Of a DNA stretch of 64,000 nt, positions 54,771 through 63,662 are shown piece after piece. The translations under genes and the position numbers were made by a program. The stretch's first letter is position 1; each line of letters starts with the position of its first letter. Location of the stretch: positions 243 through 64,242 of the forward strand of contig CAXEMN010000009.1 of NCBI GenBank assembly GCA_963997415.1, written 5' to 3'. The stretch comes from an uncultured Candidatus Poseidoniales archaeon (GTDB lineage Archaea > Thermoplasmatota > Poseidoniia > Poseidoniales > Poseidoniaceae). Below the pieces are notes generated by a model. That model saw nothing but the letters and a program-made list of their open reading frames with translations. It ran no database searches and was not told the DNA's origin.

Positions 54771-56276
54771 ATGAGTGAGGTCCCCGACGGTGTTACGCTC
54801 GCCTCGTTGGAACGCCGACCGCCTCGTCCAACCGCGACCATGACCATGACGCGAGACGGGCCTGATGGGGTCGAAGTGCTGCTTGGCCTCCGTTCGCCCA
54901 CCATGCGAGCCTTTCCTTCATACTGGGCGTTTCCCGGTGGCGGCGTGTCAAGCGTCGATGCTGCTGCAGTTGAACAACTCCAAGGGCTTGAAGGGCCACA
55001 ATCGAAGACAATCGCCTGTATTCTGAGGGAAATGAGCGAAGAGTTGGGCCTTGCTCCATCGAGCGAGGGATTGGTAGCCATCGCACCAGAGGTCCGTGCA
55101 GAAATCATTGCTGACAAAACACGGTACCTTCAGCTTGCTTTGGAGGGGCATGTTCCCCATGACCGAAGCAAATTGAAGGTGCTCTGTCATCGTATTACCC
55201 CTCCATTTGGACCAGTCCAGTTTGACAATGCCTTCCTTCACATTCATGCTGGTGAAGCAAACGGCATGCCTGAAATTGATTTGGAGCCGCAAACAGAGTT
55301 TACAGAGATCATGTGGGCCAAGCCGAGCACGATATTGGAACGCTGGTCGAGGCATGAAATCAAAGTGGCACCGCCTGTTGTGACGTTGCTCATGGAGATC
55401 AATCGTGTCCTTCAACGCACGAAGGGACGGATGGAAGAGGCGGCGAGCGACATCGCAAGTCGTCTCCCAGGTCGACGATCAATTCTCTTTGCTCATGGCG
55501 TGGAAGTGGTACCTGTCAAAACAGCCACCTTACCACCTGCTGACCATACCAATGCTTACCTTGTCGGCGATCCGCACGGCGATTTTATCCTCGTTGACCC
55601 TGCTGCTCACCTACGAGAAGGGATGGAAGATTTAGCGACGGCTGTCGAACGGCATCAGGGCAACCTTGTCGCCCTCTTATTCACCCATTCGCATGGTGAC
55701 CATATTGGCGACATGGGTCTGCTTCGAGAGGCTTTTGATGTCCCAGTTTGGGGGAGTCAACATACCAACAAGAGCGTCAAATGTGATCGGATTTTGAACG
55801 ATGGTGAGCAACTTACGCTCGGTTCAACAACTTGGGAGGTCCTGATTACACCAGGTCATCATCCGGGCCATGTCTGCTTGTTAAGCGAGGCTGGGCTGAT
55901 TGCCGGAGACATGGTTGCAGGTATTGGAACAATCTTGATTCCTCCTTATTCGGGCGATATGGCAGTTTACATTGAGCAACTTGAACGATTGAAACAACGT
56001 CAACCGCATTTGTTATTCCCGTCTCATGGACCAGTGATTGCACAACCCACAAAGGTGTTCAATCGGTACATCAGTCATCGTAAGGCAAGGCATCAGAGGG
56101 TGCTTGAAGCCGTAGGAAAGGCAGAATCAATTGCCGAAATTGCAGCCTTAGCCTATGCGGATACCCCCGATGCCCATCCCGGCTTAGCCGAAGACCAAAC
56201 GCTGTCTCACTTGCTAACTCATGAGCGAGATGGCGCAGTTCAAAAATCAAAACATGGTTGGACATTGAGCGAATGA
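54771..56276 (+). CDS. Nudix hydrolase / MBL-fold metallo-hydrolase fusion protein
   Basis: N-terminal Nudix box with expanded loop (FPGGGVSS...ILREMSEELGL). C-terminal MBL motifs LFTHSHGDHIGD, TPGHHPGH, GDMVAG, FPSHGP. Confidence 0.75.
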   Translation: MSEVPDGVTLASLERRPPRPTATMTMTRDGPDGVEVLLGLRSPTMRAFPSYWAFPGGGVSSVDAAAVEQLQGLEGPQSKTIACILREMSEELGLAPSSEGLVAIAPEVRAEIIADKTRYLQLALEGHVPHDRSKLKVLCHRITPPFGPVQFDNAFLHIHAGEANGMPEIDLEPQTEFTEIMWAKPSTILERWSRHEIKVAPPVVTLLMEINRVLQRTKGRMEEAASDIASRLPGRRSILFAHGVEVVPVKTATLPPADHTNAYLVGDPHGDFILVDPAAHLREGMEDLATAVERHQGNLVALLFTHSHGDHIGDMGLLREAFDVPVWGSQHTNKSVKCDRILNDGEQLTLGSTTWEVLITPGHHPGHVCLLSEAGLIAGDMVAGIGTILIPPYSGDMAVYIEQLERLKQRQPHLLFPSHGPVIAQPTKVFNRYISHRKARHQRVLEAVGKAESIAEIAALAYADTPDAHPGLAEDQTLSHLLTHERDGAVQKSKHGWTLSE

Positions 56277-56316
56277 TACCGCAGGGTTCATTGAACAAAA
56301 GCAATTGGGCAAAAGC

Positions 56317-57336
56317 ATGCCTCGGCGAGTTGTCCTGACAAAAGCAGGAGGGCCAAGCACCCTTGCGGTTGTTCCAATGGAGATGCCAAAGCCAAAGGCG
56401 GGTGAAATTCGCATTGAAGTGGCCTATGCAGGAATTAATTTTGCCGACCTCTTGATGAGATTGGGGTTGTATCAACCAAGGCCAAAATACCCGTTCACAC
56501 CGGGCTATGAGTTGAGCGGTGTTGTCGATGCTGTTGGCGATGGTGTGACTGATTTTTCGATCGGTCAACGGGTTGTTGCTGCTCTACCGAATGGAGGGCA
56601 GGCAAGCCATGTCATCGTCAATTCACAACGCGCATTGCACCTTCCTGATGAAGTTGGATTGGACGTTGCTGCATCGATTCCAGTGACCTACTTGACAGCA
56701 CATCATATGCTTCATCACCTTGGCCATATGACCCAAAATGATGCTGTGCTGATTCACGGAGGAGCAGGAGGCGTTGGAACCGCAGCGTTGCAAATTTGCC
56801 AATGGGCTGGCGTTTCGAACGTCTGGGCGACCGCATCTGGTCACAAGAGTTCGACCATCGAAGCCTTTGGAGGCATTGCCATTGACCGGCACAATGAGGA
56901 TTTTGTTGAAGTCATAAAAAAAGCCACCAACAACGAGGGAGTGGACCATATTCTTGATCCAATTGGAGGCGATAACCTCAGCCGTTCACTCTCAGTTCTC
57001 AAAGAAGGAGGGCGGCTTTACACCTACGGTATGTCAGCAGCAGCACCAACATCAAAGAGAAACCTCATTCGTTCGTACTTGGCATGGCGAAAGACGCCAA
57101 AATTCGACCCCCTTCGGTTGATGACACGAAACCGTGGTGTGTTTGGTGTCCACATGGGCACTTGGAAGGATGAAAAAGTAATGCTAAAACAGTTGCAGCG
57201 CATCCTCGAAGGCATCAACAGTGGAAGGCTTGCCCCTGTCATCGATTCGGTTTTTGATGCCGAGGATGTTGCGAAGGCACACCAATATATCCATGATGGC
57301 AAGAATATTGGAAAGGTCTTACTTCGCTTCAAGTGA
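56317..57336 (+). CDS. medium-chain dehydrogenase/reductase, NADPH:quinone oxidoreductase (zeta-crystallin/VAT-1-like)
   Basis: GEIRIEVAYAGINFADL, PFTPGYELSGVV, VLIHGGAGGVGTAALQI, C-terminal GKNIGKVLL. ATG at 56317. Confidence 0.85.
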   Translation: MPRRVVLTKAGGPSTLAVVPMEMPKPKAGEIRIEVAYAGINFADLLMRLGLYQPRPKYPFTPGYELSGVVDAVGDGVTDFSIGQRVVAALPNGGQASHVIVNSQRALHLPDEVGLDVAASIPVTYLTAHHMLHHLGHMTQNDAVLIHGGAGGVGTAALQICQWAGVSNVWATASGHKSSTIEAFGGIAIDRHNEDFVEVIKKATNNEGVDHILDPIGGDNLSRSLSVLKEGGRLYTYGMSAAAPTSKRNLIRSYLAWRKTPKFDPLRLMTRNRGVFGVHMGTWKDEKVMLKQLQRILEGINSGRLAPVIDSVFDAEDVAKAHQYIHDGKNIGKVLLRFK

Positions 57337-57379
57337 GCATTCAAGAAGCGTGAACATAACGCAATGGTGAGGGGAGCAC

Positions 57380-59551
57380 GTGAAAGCAACAATGTCCGGT
57401 TTCGATCTTCGCGCAGTGGCGCAAGAGCTGGACGCATTTGCTGGTGCATACGTAAAAAAAGCGTACATGCCTCACTATGAACAAATTGTGCTTCGAATTA
57501 ATCCAAAAGAGAGTGACCAGTTTGACTTGGTGCTCGTGCGAGGTTCGAGAATATACACCTCTCAAAGGGACCGCCCAATGCCAATGACGCCCCCGCCCTT
57601 TGCCATGGTGCTTCGTAAGCACTTGAAGAACGCAAGGATGACTGCAGTGAGGCAGTTAGGATTTGATCGAGTGTTAGGATTTGATTTTGACACGAAGCAT
57701 GGCACATACCATTTGTACGTCGAAGTGTTCAGAGATGGAAACATCATCCTCACAGATCAAGACGGTGTGATCATCCAACCGTTGACCCATGCCTCATACG
57801 CTGGCCGCACACTGAAAAAAGGGGTTGTGTACCAACCGCCTCCAGCAGCGATGGACCCTCATCAACTTGACAAGGCAACACTTTCTGAATTATTTTCAAC
57901 ATCTGACAGGGACCTCGTTTCGACCCTTGGCGGGAAAGCCAATCTTGGCGGAACCCATGCGAATGCTGTCTGTGATTTGGCAGGCCTTGAACCAAACATG
58001 GCCACACAAGAGGCCCCTGTTGAAGATGTGCATGTTGCGTTGCAAACATTGCTGAGCAATTTAGCTGAAACACCTCAAGGGATCCTCTTGATGAAGCCCA
58101 CTGAAGAAAAAGACGTCCCCCACCTAGAACGTGAGGCGGCGGGAATGGAAGCAAATGGATTGCGTGATCGTTTCTTCGAGCAACACGCCTCTGAGGCCAC
58201 GCCAACATTGCTTCCCTCGCATGAAGGCATGGCCCAAGCAATATTCCCAACACTTTGTGAGGCAGTGGACGCATGGAAGGGCGCTCACGATGCTGGAGCA
58301 CTCGCTCGCAGGGAGGCTGAGAAATTGGATATTGCCGCTCCTGGAAGAGGGCACTCAACTGATGTGGAGCGACTCGAACGAAGAAAGGTCCAACAAGAAA
58401 AGGCGCTCGAAGGCTTTTCGAAAAAGATTGAGAAACAGCAAATGCTTGGCCATATCATCCAAAACAATTGGACGCATGTTGAAAGTCTTCTCAAGCAGGT
58501 CACAGAAGCCGTTGAAACAATGGGCTGGAAGGAAGTCAAGTCCATGGCCAAGGCCATTCCTTGGATTGTGTCACTCAATCCAGCAGAACGAAGTTTCCTC
58601 AGCGTCCTCCCCGATGAACAGGGAGAACCAAAAGGGCCTCAAGCCACACTTTCCATCGACGAAAGCGTCCACCAAAACGCCCAACGATACTTTGAAGCCG
58701 CGCGAAAGCAGAAAGACAAAACAAAGGGTGCTGTCGATGCTTTGGAAGACACAATGCTTCAACTTCAGCGTGCTCAAAAGAAAGAGGCAAAACAGCAGGC
58801 CAGCGGCAAATTGAACAAAATAAAACGCAGCAAGCGACTCTGGTTTGAACACCACCGTTGGAGCATGATCACTGGAGGGCATTTGCTCGTTGGAGGAAAG
58901 GACGCCAAAGGAAACGATTCGATTGTCAAGAAGCACTTGTCGGGTGAAGACCGATACCTGCACGCTGATTTGCATGGAGCACCAAGTTGTAGCCTAAGGG
59001 CAACTCAGGGCTTTGTTGTTGATGAGCACAAACCTGCTCACATCCCTGAAGATATTCCGGCGTTCAGAATCGTGGACAAGCTTGGAGACGAGCGAATCAC
59101 CGATGAGAAGTTGCTCGAAGCTGCTTCAATGGCGTTGTGTTGGAGCCGAGCGTGGGCTGGCGGCGGCGCACACGGAACCGTCTATTCGGTCAAGCCCGCT
59201 CAGGTTTCTAAAACCGCACAAACCGGTGAGTTCGTTGGCAAGGGCTCGTTTATTGTTCGTGGCCAGCGCCAGTGGTTCAAGGACCTCGATGTTCAAATTG
59301 GAATTGGAATTGTGGCTGTGAACGGAGTGCCGCTCTTGATGGGAGGGCGCCCTGAAACCATCGCTACGACGTGTCAGAGGTACGCCATCCTACGACCAGG
59401 GCTGACAAAAAAGGAACAATTGGCCAATCGCATCTACAAGAACACCGGCCTTGTCACAGACGATGTATTGCCGGTATTGCCAGGTGCCTCTGACATTTTG
59501 GAAGATTATGGGATTTTTTCGCCCCCAGCATCACTCGCTGAAGAGGAATAA
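57380..59551 (+). CDS. NFACT-family protein (Rqc2/NEMF/RqcH homologue, FbpA-N + DUF814)
   Basis: N-terminal NFACT-N pattern (MSGFDLRAVAQEL...AYVKKAY...IVLRIN). Central coiled coil. NFACT-R/DUF814 block GGHLLVGGKDAKGNDSIVKKHLSGEDRYLHADLHGAPSCSLRA. GTG at 57380 or ATG at 57392. Confidence 0.8.
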   Translation: MKATMSGFDLRAVAQELDAFAGAYVKKAYMPHYEQIVLRINPKESDQFDLVLVRGSRIYTSQRDRPMPMTPPPFAMVLRKHLKNARMTAVRQLGFDRVLGFDFDTKHGTYHLYVEVFRDGNIILTDQDGVIIQPLTHASYAGRTLKKGVVYQPPPAAMDPHQLDKATLSELFSTSDRDLVSTLGGKANLGGTHANAVCDLAGLEPNMATQEAPVEDVHVALQTLLSNLAETPQGILLMKPTEEKDVPHLEREAAGMEANGLRDRFFEQHASEATPTLLPSHEGMAQAIFPTLCEAVDAWKGAHDAGALARREAEKLDIAAPGRGHSTDVERLERRKVQQEKALEGFSKKIEKQQMLGHIIQNNWTHVESLLKQVTEAVETMGWKEVKSMAKAIPWIVSLNPAERSFLSVLPDEQGEPKGPQATLSIDESVHQNAQRYFEAARKQKDKTKGAVDALEDTMLQLQRAQKKEAKQQASGKLNKIKRSKRLWFEHHRWSMITGGHLLVGGKDAKGNDSIVKKHLSGEDRYLHADLHGAPSCSLRATQGFVVDEHKPAHIPEDIPAFRIVDKLGDERITDEKLLEAASMALCWSRAWAGGGAHGTVYSVKPAQVSKTAQTGEFVGKGSFIVRGQRQWFKDLDVQIGIGIVAVNGVPLLMGGRPETIATTCQRYAILRPGLTKKEQLANRIYKNTGLVTDDVLPVLPGASDILEDYGIFSPPASLAEEE

Positions 59552-59557
59552 ACTCAG

Positions 59558-61213
59558 TCATTTGCCTCTACCCGAACGCTTGAATCCGCCCTTAGAAGGC
59601 CTGTTATTCCTGTTGGCTTGGCTCTTTCCATAGCCTTTCTTCGAGTTCTTGGAAGGTTTGTACGTCTGACCACGGGCTTCGCCTCTGTAGCCCTTCGATG
59701 AACCGCTGGATCCTCGATCATTTGACCTTGAATCATTGCCGCCGCTGCGACCACCACGATAGCCTCCGCCACCACTGCGTCCACCGCCACTGTCATTGTT
59801 GCGACCACCGCCACGATAGCCACCGCTTCGGCCACCGCCACCGCTTCGACCACCTCCACGGTAGCCACCGCCACCGCCACTGCGTCCGCCGCCTCGGTAT
59901 CCACCGCCGCTTCGGCCACCGCCACGGTAGCCTCCGCCGCCTCTGCCGCCACCACGGTAGCCTCCGCCACCGCTATTTCGACCGCCGCCACCATAGCCAC
60001 CACGGCCACCGCCGCTTCGACCACCGCCGCCATAGCCGCCTCTGTTTTGCTCACGTGAACGGCGATCAGCCGCAATGTAAACAACTTCAAATTCTGGAAG
60101 CACTGAAAATTCAGGAGGCGTAAATTCAACGTTGATACCAACATTTCTTTGGATGCGAACATAGGAACGCTTCTGAGGTCGTTGAACAAGTGAAACCACA
60201 ACACCTGATGCGCCACCTCGAGCTGTTCGTCCGCTTCGGTGTTTGTACGCTTTACCGTTTTCAGGAGGATCGTAATGAATCACACAATTCACGCCTGCAA
60301 CGTCGATGCCACGCGCTGCGACATCTGTAGCGACCAACGCCATGCACTCACCATGCTGGAAGCGTTCCATGGCTCTGTCACGACCACGTTGGGTCAATCC
60401 TCCATGGAGGGTTTGGACCGCAAGACCGTCATAGGTAAGATCGTCACCAACTCGGTCGACGCCTGCTCGAGTTCGACAGAAGACAATGGTTCGACCACAC
60501 TTTCGAATCAGTTCAGATGTGATGTCTGGTTTCTTGGAGTTTGGCATCAACCAAAAGTGGTGGGTCATGCTCTCCATGCTCACTTCTTTTGGTCCGACTT
60601 CGATGGTGACTGGATCGGTTTGGTAATCACGGACAAGATCGGCAACTTCGTCATCGAGTGTGGCGCTAAAGAGAATTGTTTGTCGGTCCTTTTGACACGC
60701 ATCAAGAATTTGGCAAACCGGTTCCATGAACCCCATATCAGCCATTCGATCTGCTTCATCAAGCACAACAACCGAAACATCGTCAAGAGTCAACGAGCCT
60801 CGCTCCATCAAGTCGATCAAGCGACCCGGACAAGCCACAAGCACATCGACACCACGATCGAGTGCACGGAATTGCTTCTGGTAGGAAACACCGCCATACA
60901 TCGCTTCAACATACAACTTCAAATCGTAGGCTAACGGGTCGAGAACTTTGTAAATTTGCTCTGCCAATTCCCGGGTAGGTGTGAGAATGAGCGAGGTGGG
61001 TCGGCGGGGTTCTGCTTCTGTGGTCCGAGAAAGGAGAGGAAGTCCGAATGCGAGGGTCTTACCGGAGCCTGTTGGGGCTCTGCAACACACATCTCTTCCA
61101 AGCATGGCATCAGGTATCGACTCACGCTGAACCTCAAACGGCTCAAGGATGCCTTGTGTTTTTAGAGCATTCACCAAAATTGGCTCAATACCCAAATCAC
61201 TGAACGACACCAT
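59558..61213 (-). CDS. DEAD-box ATP-dependent RNA helicase with ~160-aa RGG/GYR C-terminal tail
   Basis: Q-motif region FEVQRESIP, motif I APTGSGKTLAF, PTRELA, VLDEADRM, FSATL, HRSGRTARGG. Tail is (GGYRGGGRS)n. Confidence 0.92.
   Translation of the reverse strand: MVSFSDLGIEPILVNALKTQGILEPFEVQRESIPDAMLGRDVCCRAPTGSGKTLAFGLPLLSRTTEAEPRRPTSLILTPTRELAEQIYKVLDPLAYDLKLYVEAMYGGVSYQKQFRALDRGVDVLVACPGRLIDLMERGSLTLDDVSVVVLDEADRMADMGFMEPVCQILDACQKDRQTILFSATLDDEVADLVRDYQTDPVTIEVGPKEVSMESMTHHFWLMPNSKKPDITSELIRKCGRTIVFCRTRAGVDRVGDDLTYDGLAVQTLHGGLTQRGRDRAMERFQHGECMALVATDVAARGIDVAGVNCVIHYDPPENGKAYKHRSGRTARGGASGVVVSLVQRPQKRSYVRIQRNVGINVEFTPPEFSVLPEFEVVYIAADRRSREQNRGGYGGGGRSGGGRGGYGGGGRNSGGGGYRGGGRGGGGYRGGGRSGGGYRGGGRSGGGGGYRGGGRSGGGGRSGGYRGGGRNNDSGGGRSGGGGYRGGRSGGNDSRSNDRGSSGSSKGYRGEARGQTYKPSKNSKKGYGKSQANRNNRPSKGGFKRSGRGK
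59561..60043 (-). repeat. low-complexity coding repeat (Gly/Arg/Tyr) in helicase tail
   Basis: Reiterated GGTAGCCxCCGCCxCC-type units on the plus strand. All reading frames are stop-poor here. Confidence 0.8.
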
Positions 61214-61299
61214 ACACGCACCCCGTTCGGACCCGCCGTCCGACCCTATTTGAAACCCATAGTTGGAATAAGCGACCTTATTGACGGCTCAATCAATAT

Positions 61300-62493
61300 T
61301 CATGCGCGCCGGACAAGCATTGCAACTGCGTTGCCCCCACCGAGGCAAAGGGTTACAATTCCACTTGATGCTTCAACTCGACGCATGACGCCAAGCATGG
61401 TAATGAGACAACGTGTGCCGCTTGACCCGAGAGGGTGGCCCAAACTTACTGCTCCGCCATGGAGGTTGAATCGATCTTCCGGGATGTTCAGTTCTTTTGC
61501 GACGGCACATGAGGCTGAAGCGAAGGCTTCGTTGTGTTCGTAGACATCGACATCGAGGACATCCAAATTGTTGCGTTCAAGAAGCATTTCCACTGCTGTA
61601 ATTGGAGCGCTCATCACACGGGCCGGTTCGACACCGCTCGTGCAATAGTCTTCGACATAACCCAGAATCTCCCATCCTTGTTGTTGAGCGTATTCTGCCT
61701 CTGCAAGAAGGACTGCACTTGCGCCATCATTGAGGGTGCTTGCATTTCCTGCGGTCACTTGGCCTCCCTTTTTGAAGACTGGACGAAGCCCTGCAAGTGA
61801 TTCTTCAGAGGTCGTTGAACGAACGCCTTCATCAGAGTTGAACATGACTGGGTCACCTCTGCGTTGTGGAATCTCAATGGTGAACATTTCCCAATCAAAC
61901 CACCCATTTTCTTGGGCAGCCGATGCTCGCTGTTGGCTTCGTGCAGCATAAGCATCCGAGTCTTTTCGGGAGATGTTGCATTCTTCTGCAATGGTTTCTC
62001 CAGTTGTACCCATGTGCATGTCATTGTAGCCATCCCACAATCCATCATGAATCATTGAATCAACAAGCGTTGAATCGCCCATCTTTGAGCCCTTACGGTG
62101 GTTTTTCAACAGGTGTGGTGCATTCGACATGCTCTCCATGCCCCCTGCAATGATCGCTTTGTATTCCCCAGCTCGAATGCTGTTAGCTGCCAACATTGCC
62201 GCTTTCAGTGAACTGCCACATACTTTGTTGATGGTGACCGAGGGAGTGGAATATGGTAGATGTGCTCCAAGGGCGACTTGCCGAGCAGGGTTTTGTCCAG
62301 CACCAGCTTGGAGGACTTGGCCAAAAATCACTTCTTCAATGATCCCAGATGAGGGATCAATCCCTGCACGTTGACACAATTCCTTGACGGCGAGAATTCC
62401 TAATTCCACGGCGGTAAAGCCTGAAAGCGCGCCCATGAATTTACCAATAGGGGTTCGAGCAACGGCACAAATGGCGACTTTGGGCTGTGGCAT
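61300..62493 (-). CDS. acetyl-CoA C-acetyltransferase (thiolase II)
   Basis: VARTPIGKFMGAL, NKVCGSSLKA (Cys), NEAFA, GGAVSLGHPLGSSG, CLGGGNAVAML. Confidence 0.92.
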   Translation of the reverse strand: MPQPKVAICAVARTPIGKFMGALSGFTAVELGILAVKELCQRAGIDPSSGIIEEVIFGQVLQAGAGQNPARQVALGAHLPYSTPSVTINKVCGSSLKAAMLAANSIRAGEYKAIIAGGMESMSNAPHLLKNHRKGSKMGDSTLVDSMIHDGLWDGYNDMHMGTTGETIAEECNISRKDSDAYAARSQQRASAAQENGWFDWEMFTIEIPQRRGDPVMFNSDEGVRSTTSEESLAGLRPVFKKGGQVTAGNASTLNDGASAVLLAEAEYAQQQGWEILGYVEDYCTSGVEPARVMSAPITAVEMLLERNNLDVLDVDVYEHNEAFASASCAVAKELNIPEDRFNLHGGAVSLGHPLGSSGTRCLITMLGVMRRVEASSGIVTLCLGGGNAVAMLVRRA

Positions 62494-62589
62494 GGCCGAC
62501 CTAATGGTGCACTATTCTTGAATGTGCGCGCCCCGATTTCACGCTAAAATGAGGAGAAGCCTTGATGAAGAGAAGGTGCTGGCCAATGC

Positions 62590-63414
62590 ATGGCGAAATT
62601 CAAGACTGGATTCACAACAGACCGAGAAGCGAACGAAATGCGACATGTGGAAGTCGAGATTGACTTCACACCAAACGCACTTGCTTCAATCCTTTATCGT
62701 CAAGGTGACACCGTCATCCTTGCATGCTGCACCAAGGAGGCGCGTTTACCAGGTTGGTTCCCCCGTGACTCAACGAAAGGTTGGGTTCACGCTGAATACT
62801 CACTGTTGCCAGGCTCCACAGATTCGAGGTTCCGCCGAGAACGACGAGGTGCAAAAGGACGCACACAAGAAATTGAACGTCTTATTGCACGTTCCCTTCG
62901 AGCTGCAGTCGATCTCGAAGCACTTGGACCGGTCGCTCTCAATGTCGATTGTGATGTTCTCAATGCAGATGGGGGCACTCGATGTGCATCGATCACTGCG
63001 GCAAACATCGCCCTCCGTCTTGCTGTTCGTCGCCTCATCGCACGAGGCGATTGCTTACCCATGGACATGCGCCCAACCGAAGATGAGCGAAGGAATGGGT
63101 GGACGGCTCCATCGCTTTCAGAGGCCGAACGAACCAACCATGAAAATGCTGTTATCCCACACGATTTGGCGGCAATCTCTGTAGGATTGATCGATGGTGA
63201 AGTCTACCTCGATCTTGACTATGTCCTGGATTCAAATGCTGATGTCGACATGAATGTTGTCAAAACAGCTGACGGAAAATACGTTGAAGTCCAAGGCACT
63301 GGTGAAGAATCAACCTTTTCCGGTGATGAACTCGTTGCTCTTCTGGCACGAGCAGATGAAGGACTTGAGGCACTCTTTGATGCGCAAGTCGCCATCCTCG
63401 ATGGCATCGAGTGA
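62590..63414 (+). CDS. rph: ribonuclease PH (bacterial type) with an internal insertion
   Basis: GWVHAEYSLLPGSTDSRFRRE, KGRTQEIERLIARSLRAAVDL, VDCDVLNADGGTRCASITAA. An extra ~30-aa insert (CLPMDMRPTEDERRNGWTAPSLSEAERTNHEN). Confidence 0.85.
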   Translation: MAKFKTGFTTDREANEMRHVEVEIDFTPNALASILYRQGDTVILACCTKEARLPGWFPRDSTKGWVHAEYSLLPGSTDSRFRRERRGAKGRTQEIERLIARSLRAAVDLEALGPVALNVDCDVLNADGGTRCASITAANIALRLAVRRLIARGDCLPMDMRPTEDERRNGWTAPSLSEAERTNHENAVIPHDLAAISVGLIDGEVYLDLDYVLDSNADVDMNVVKTADGKYVEVQGTGEESTFSGDELVALLARADEGLEALFDAQVAILDGIE

Positions 63415-63469
63415 GGCATAGCGTTCGGGCGGAAGCCTTGATATGGCAGGGGTCATCGCCAAGTTGCAC

Positions 63470-63542
63470 GGGTCAGTAGCTTAGTTGGGAGAGCGCGGCA
63501 CTGAAGATGCCGAGGTCGCTGGTTCAAGTCCGGCCTGACCCA
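63470..63542 (+). tRNA. tRNA-Phe (anticodon GAA)
   Basis: GGGTCAG-TA-GCTT-AGTTGGGA-GAGC-G-CGGCA-CTGAAGA-TGCCG-AGGTC-GCTGG-TTCAAGT-CCGGC-CTGACCC-A. CCA is not fully encoded (CCT follows). Confidence 0.85.
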
Positions 63543-63662
63543 CCTCGACGCAAGTTCAGCGTACGCTGTAACAAAACATTCCCCTCAAATCTAGCCTTGA
63601 AAAGCAACAATGTTCGGATGAACAAGCGTTGGGTTCATTTGCATGAACCTCCTCTCAAGGGT

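Noticed and set aside
54686-55117. Upstream two-thirds of the 209-aa minus-strand ORF 54488..55117.
   Set aside because: It runs antisense through the start of the Nudix-MBL gene, which has clear motifs. Its composition is the Ala/Pro/Ser/Arg-rich pattern typical of antisense frames. Only the distal 65 codons, in the true intergenic gap, are kept, at low confidence.
59554-60216. ORFs 59554..60216 (-) and 59698..60123 (+), which overlap the helicase tail.
   Set aside because: This is the same artefact: the Gly/Arg codon repeats lack stops in all frames. The helicase frame is continuous with canonical DEAD-box motifs.
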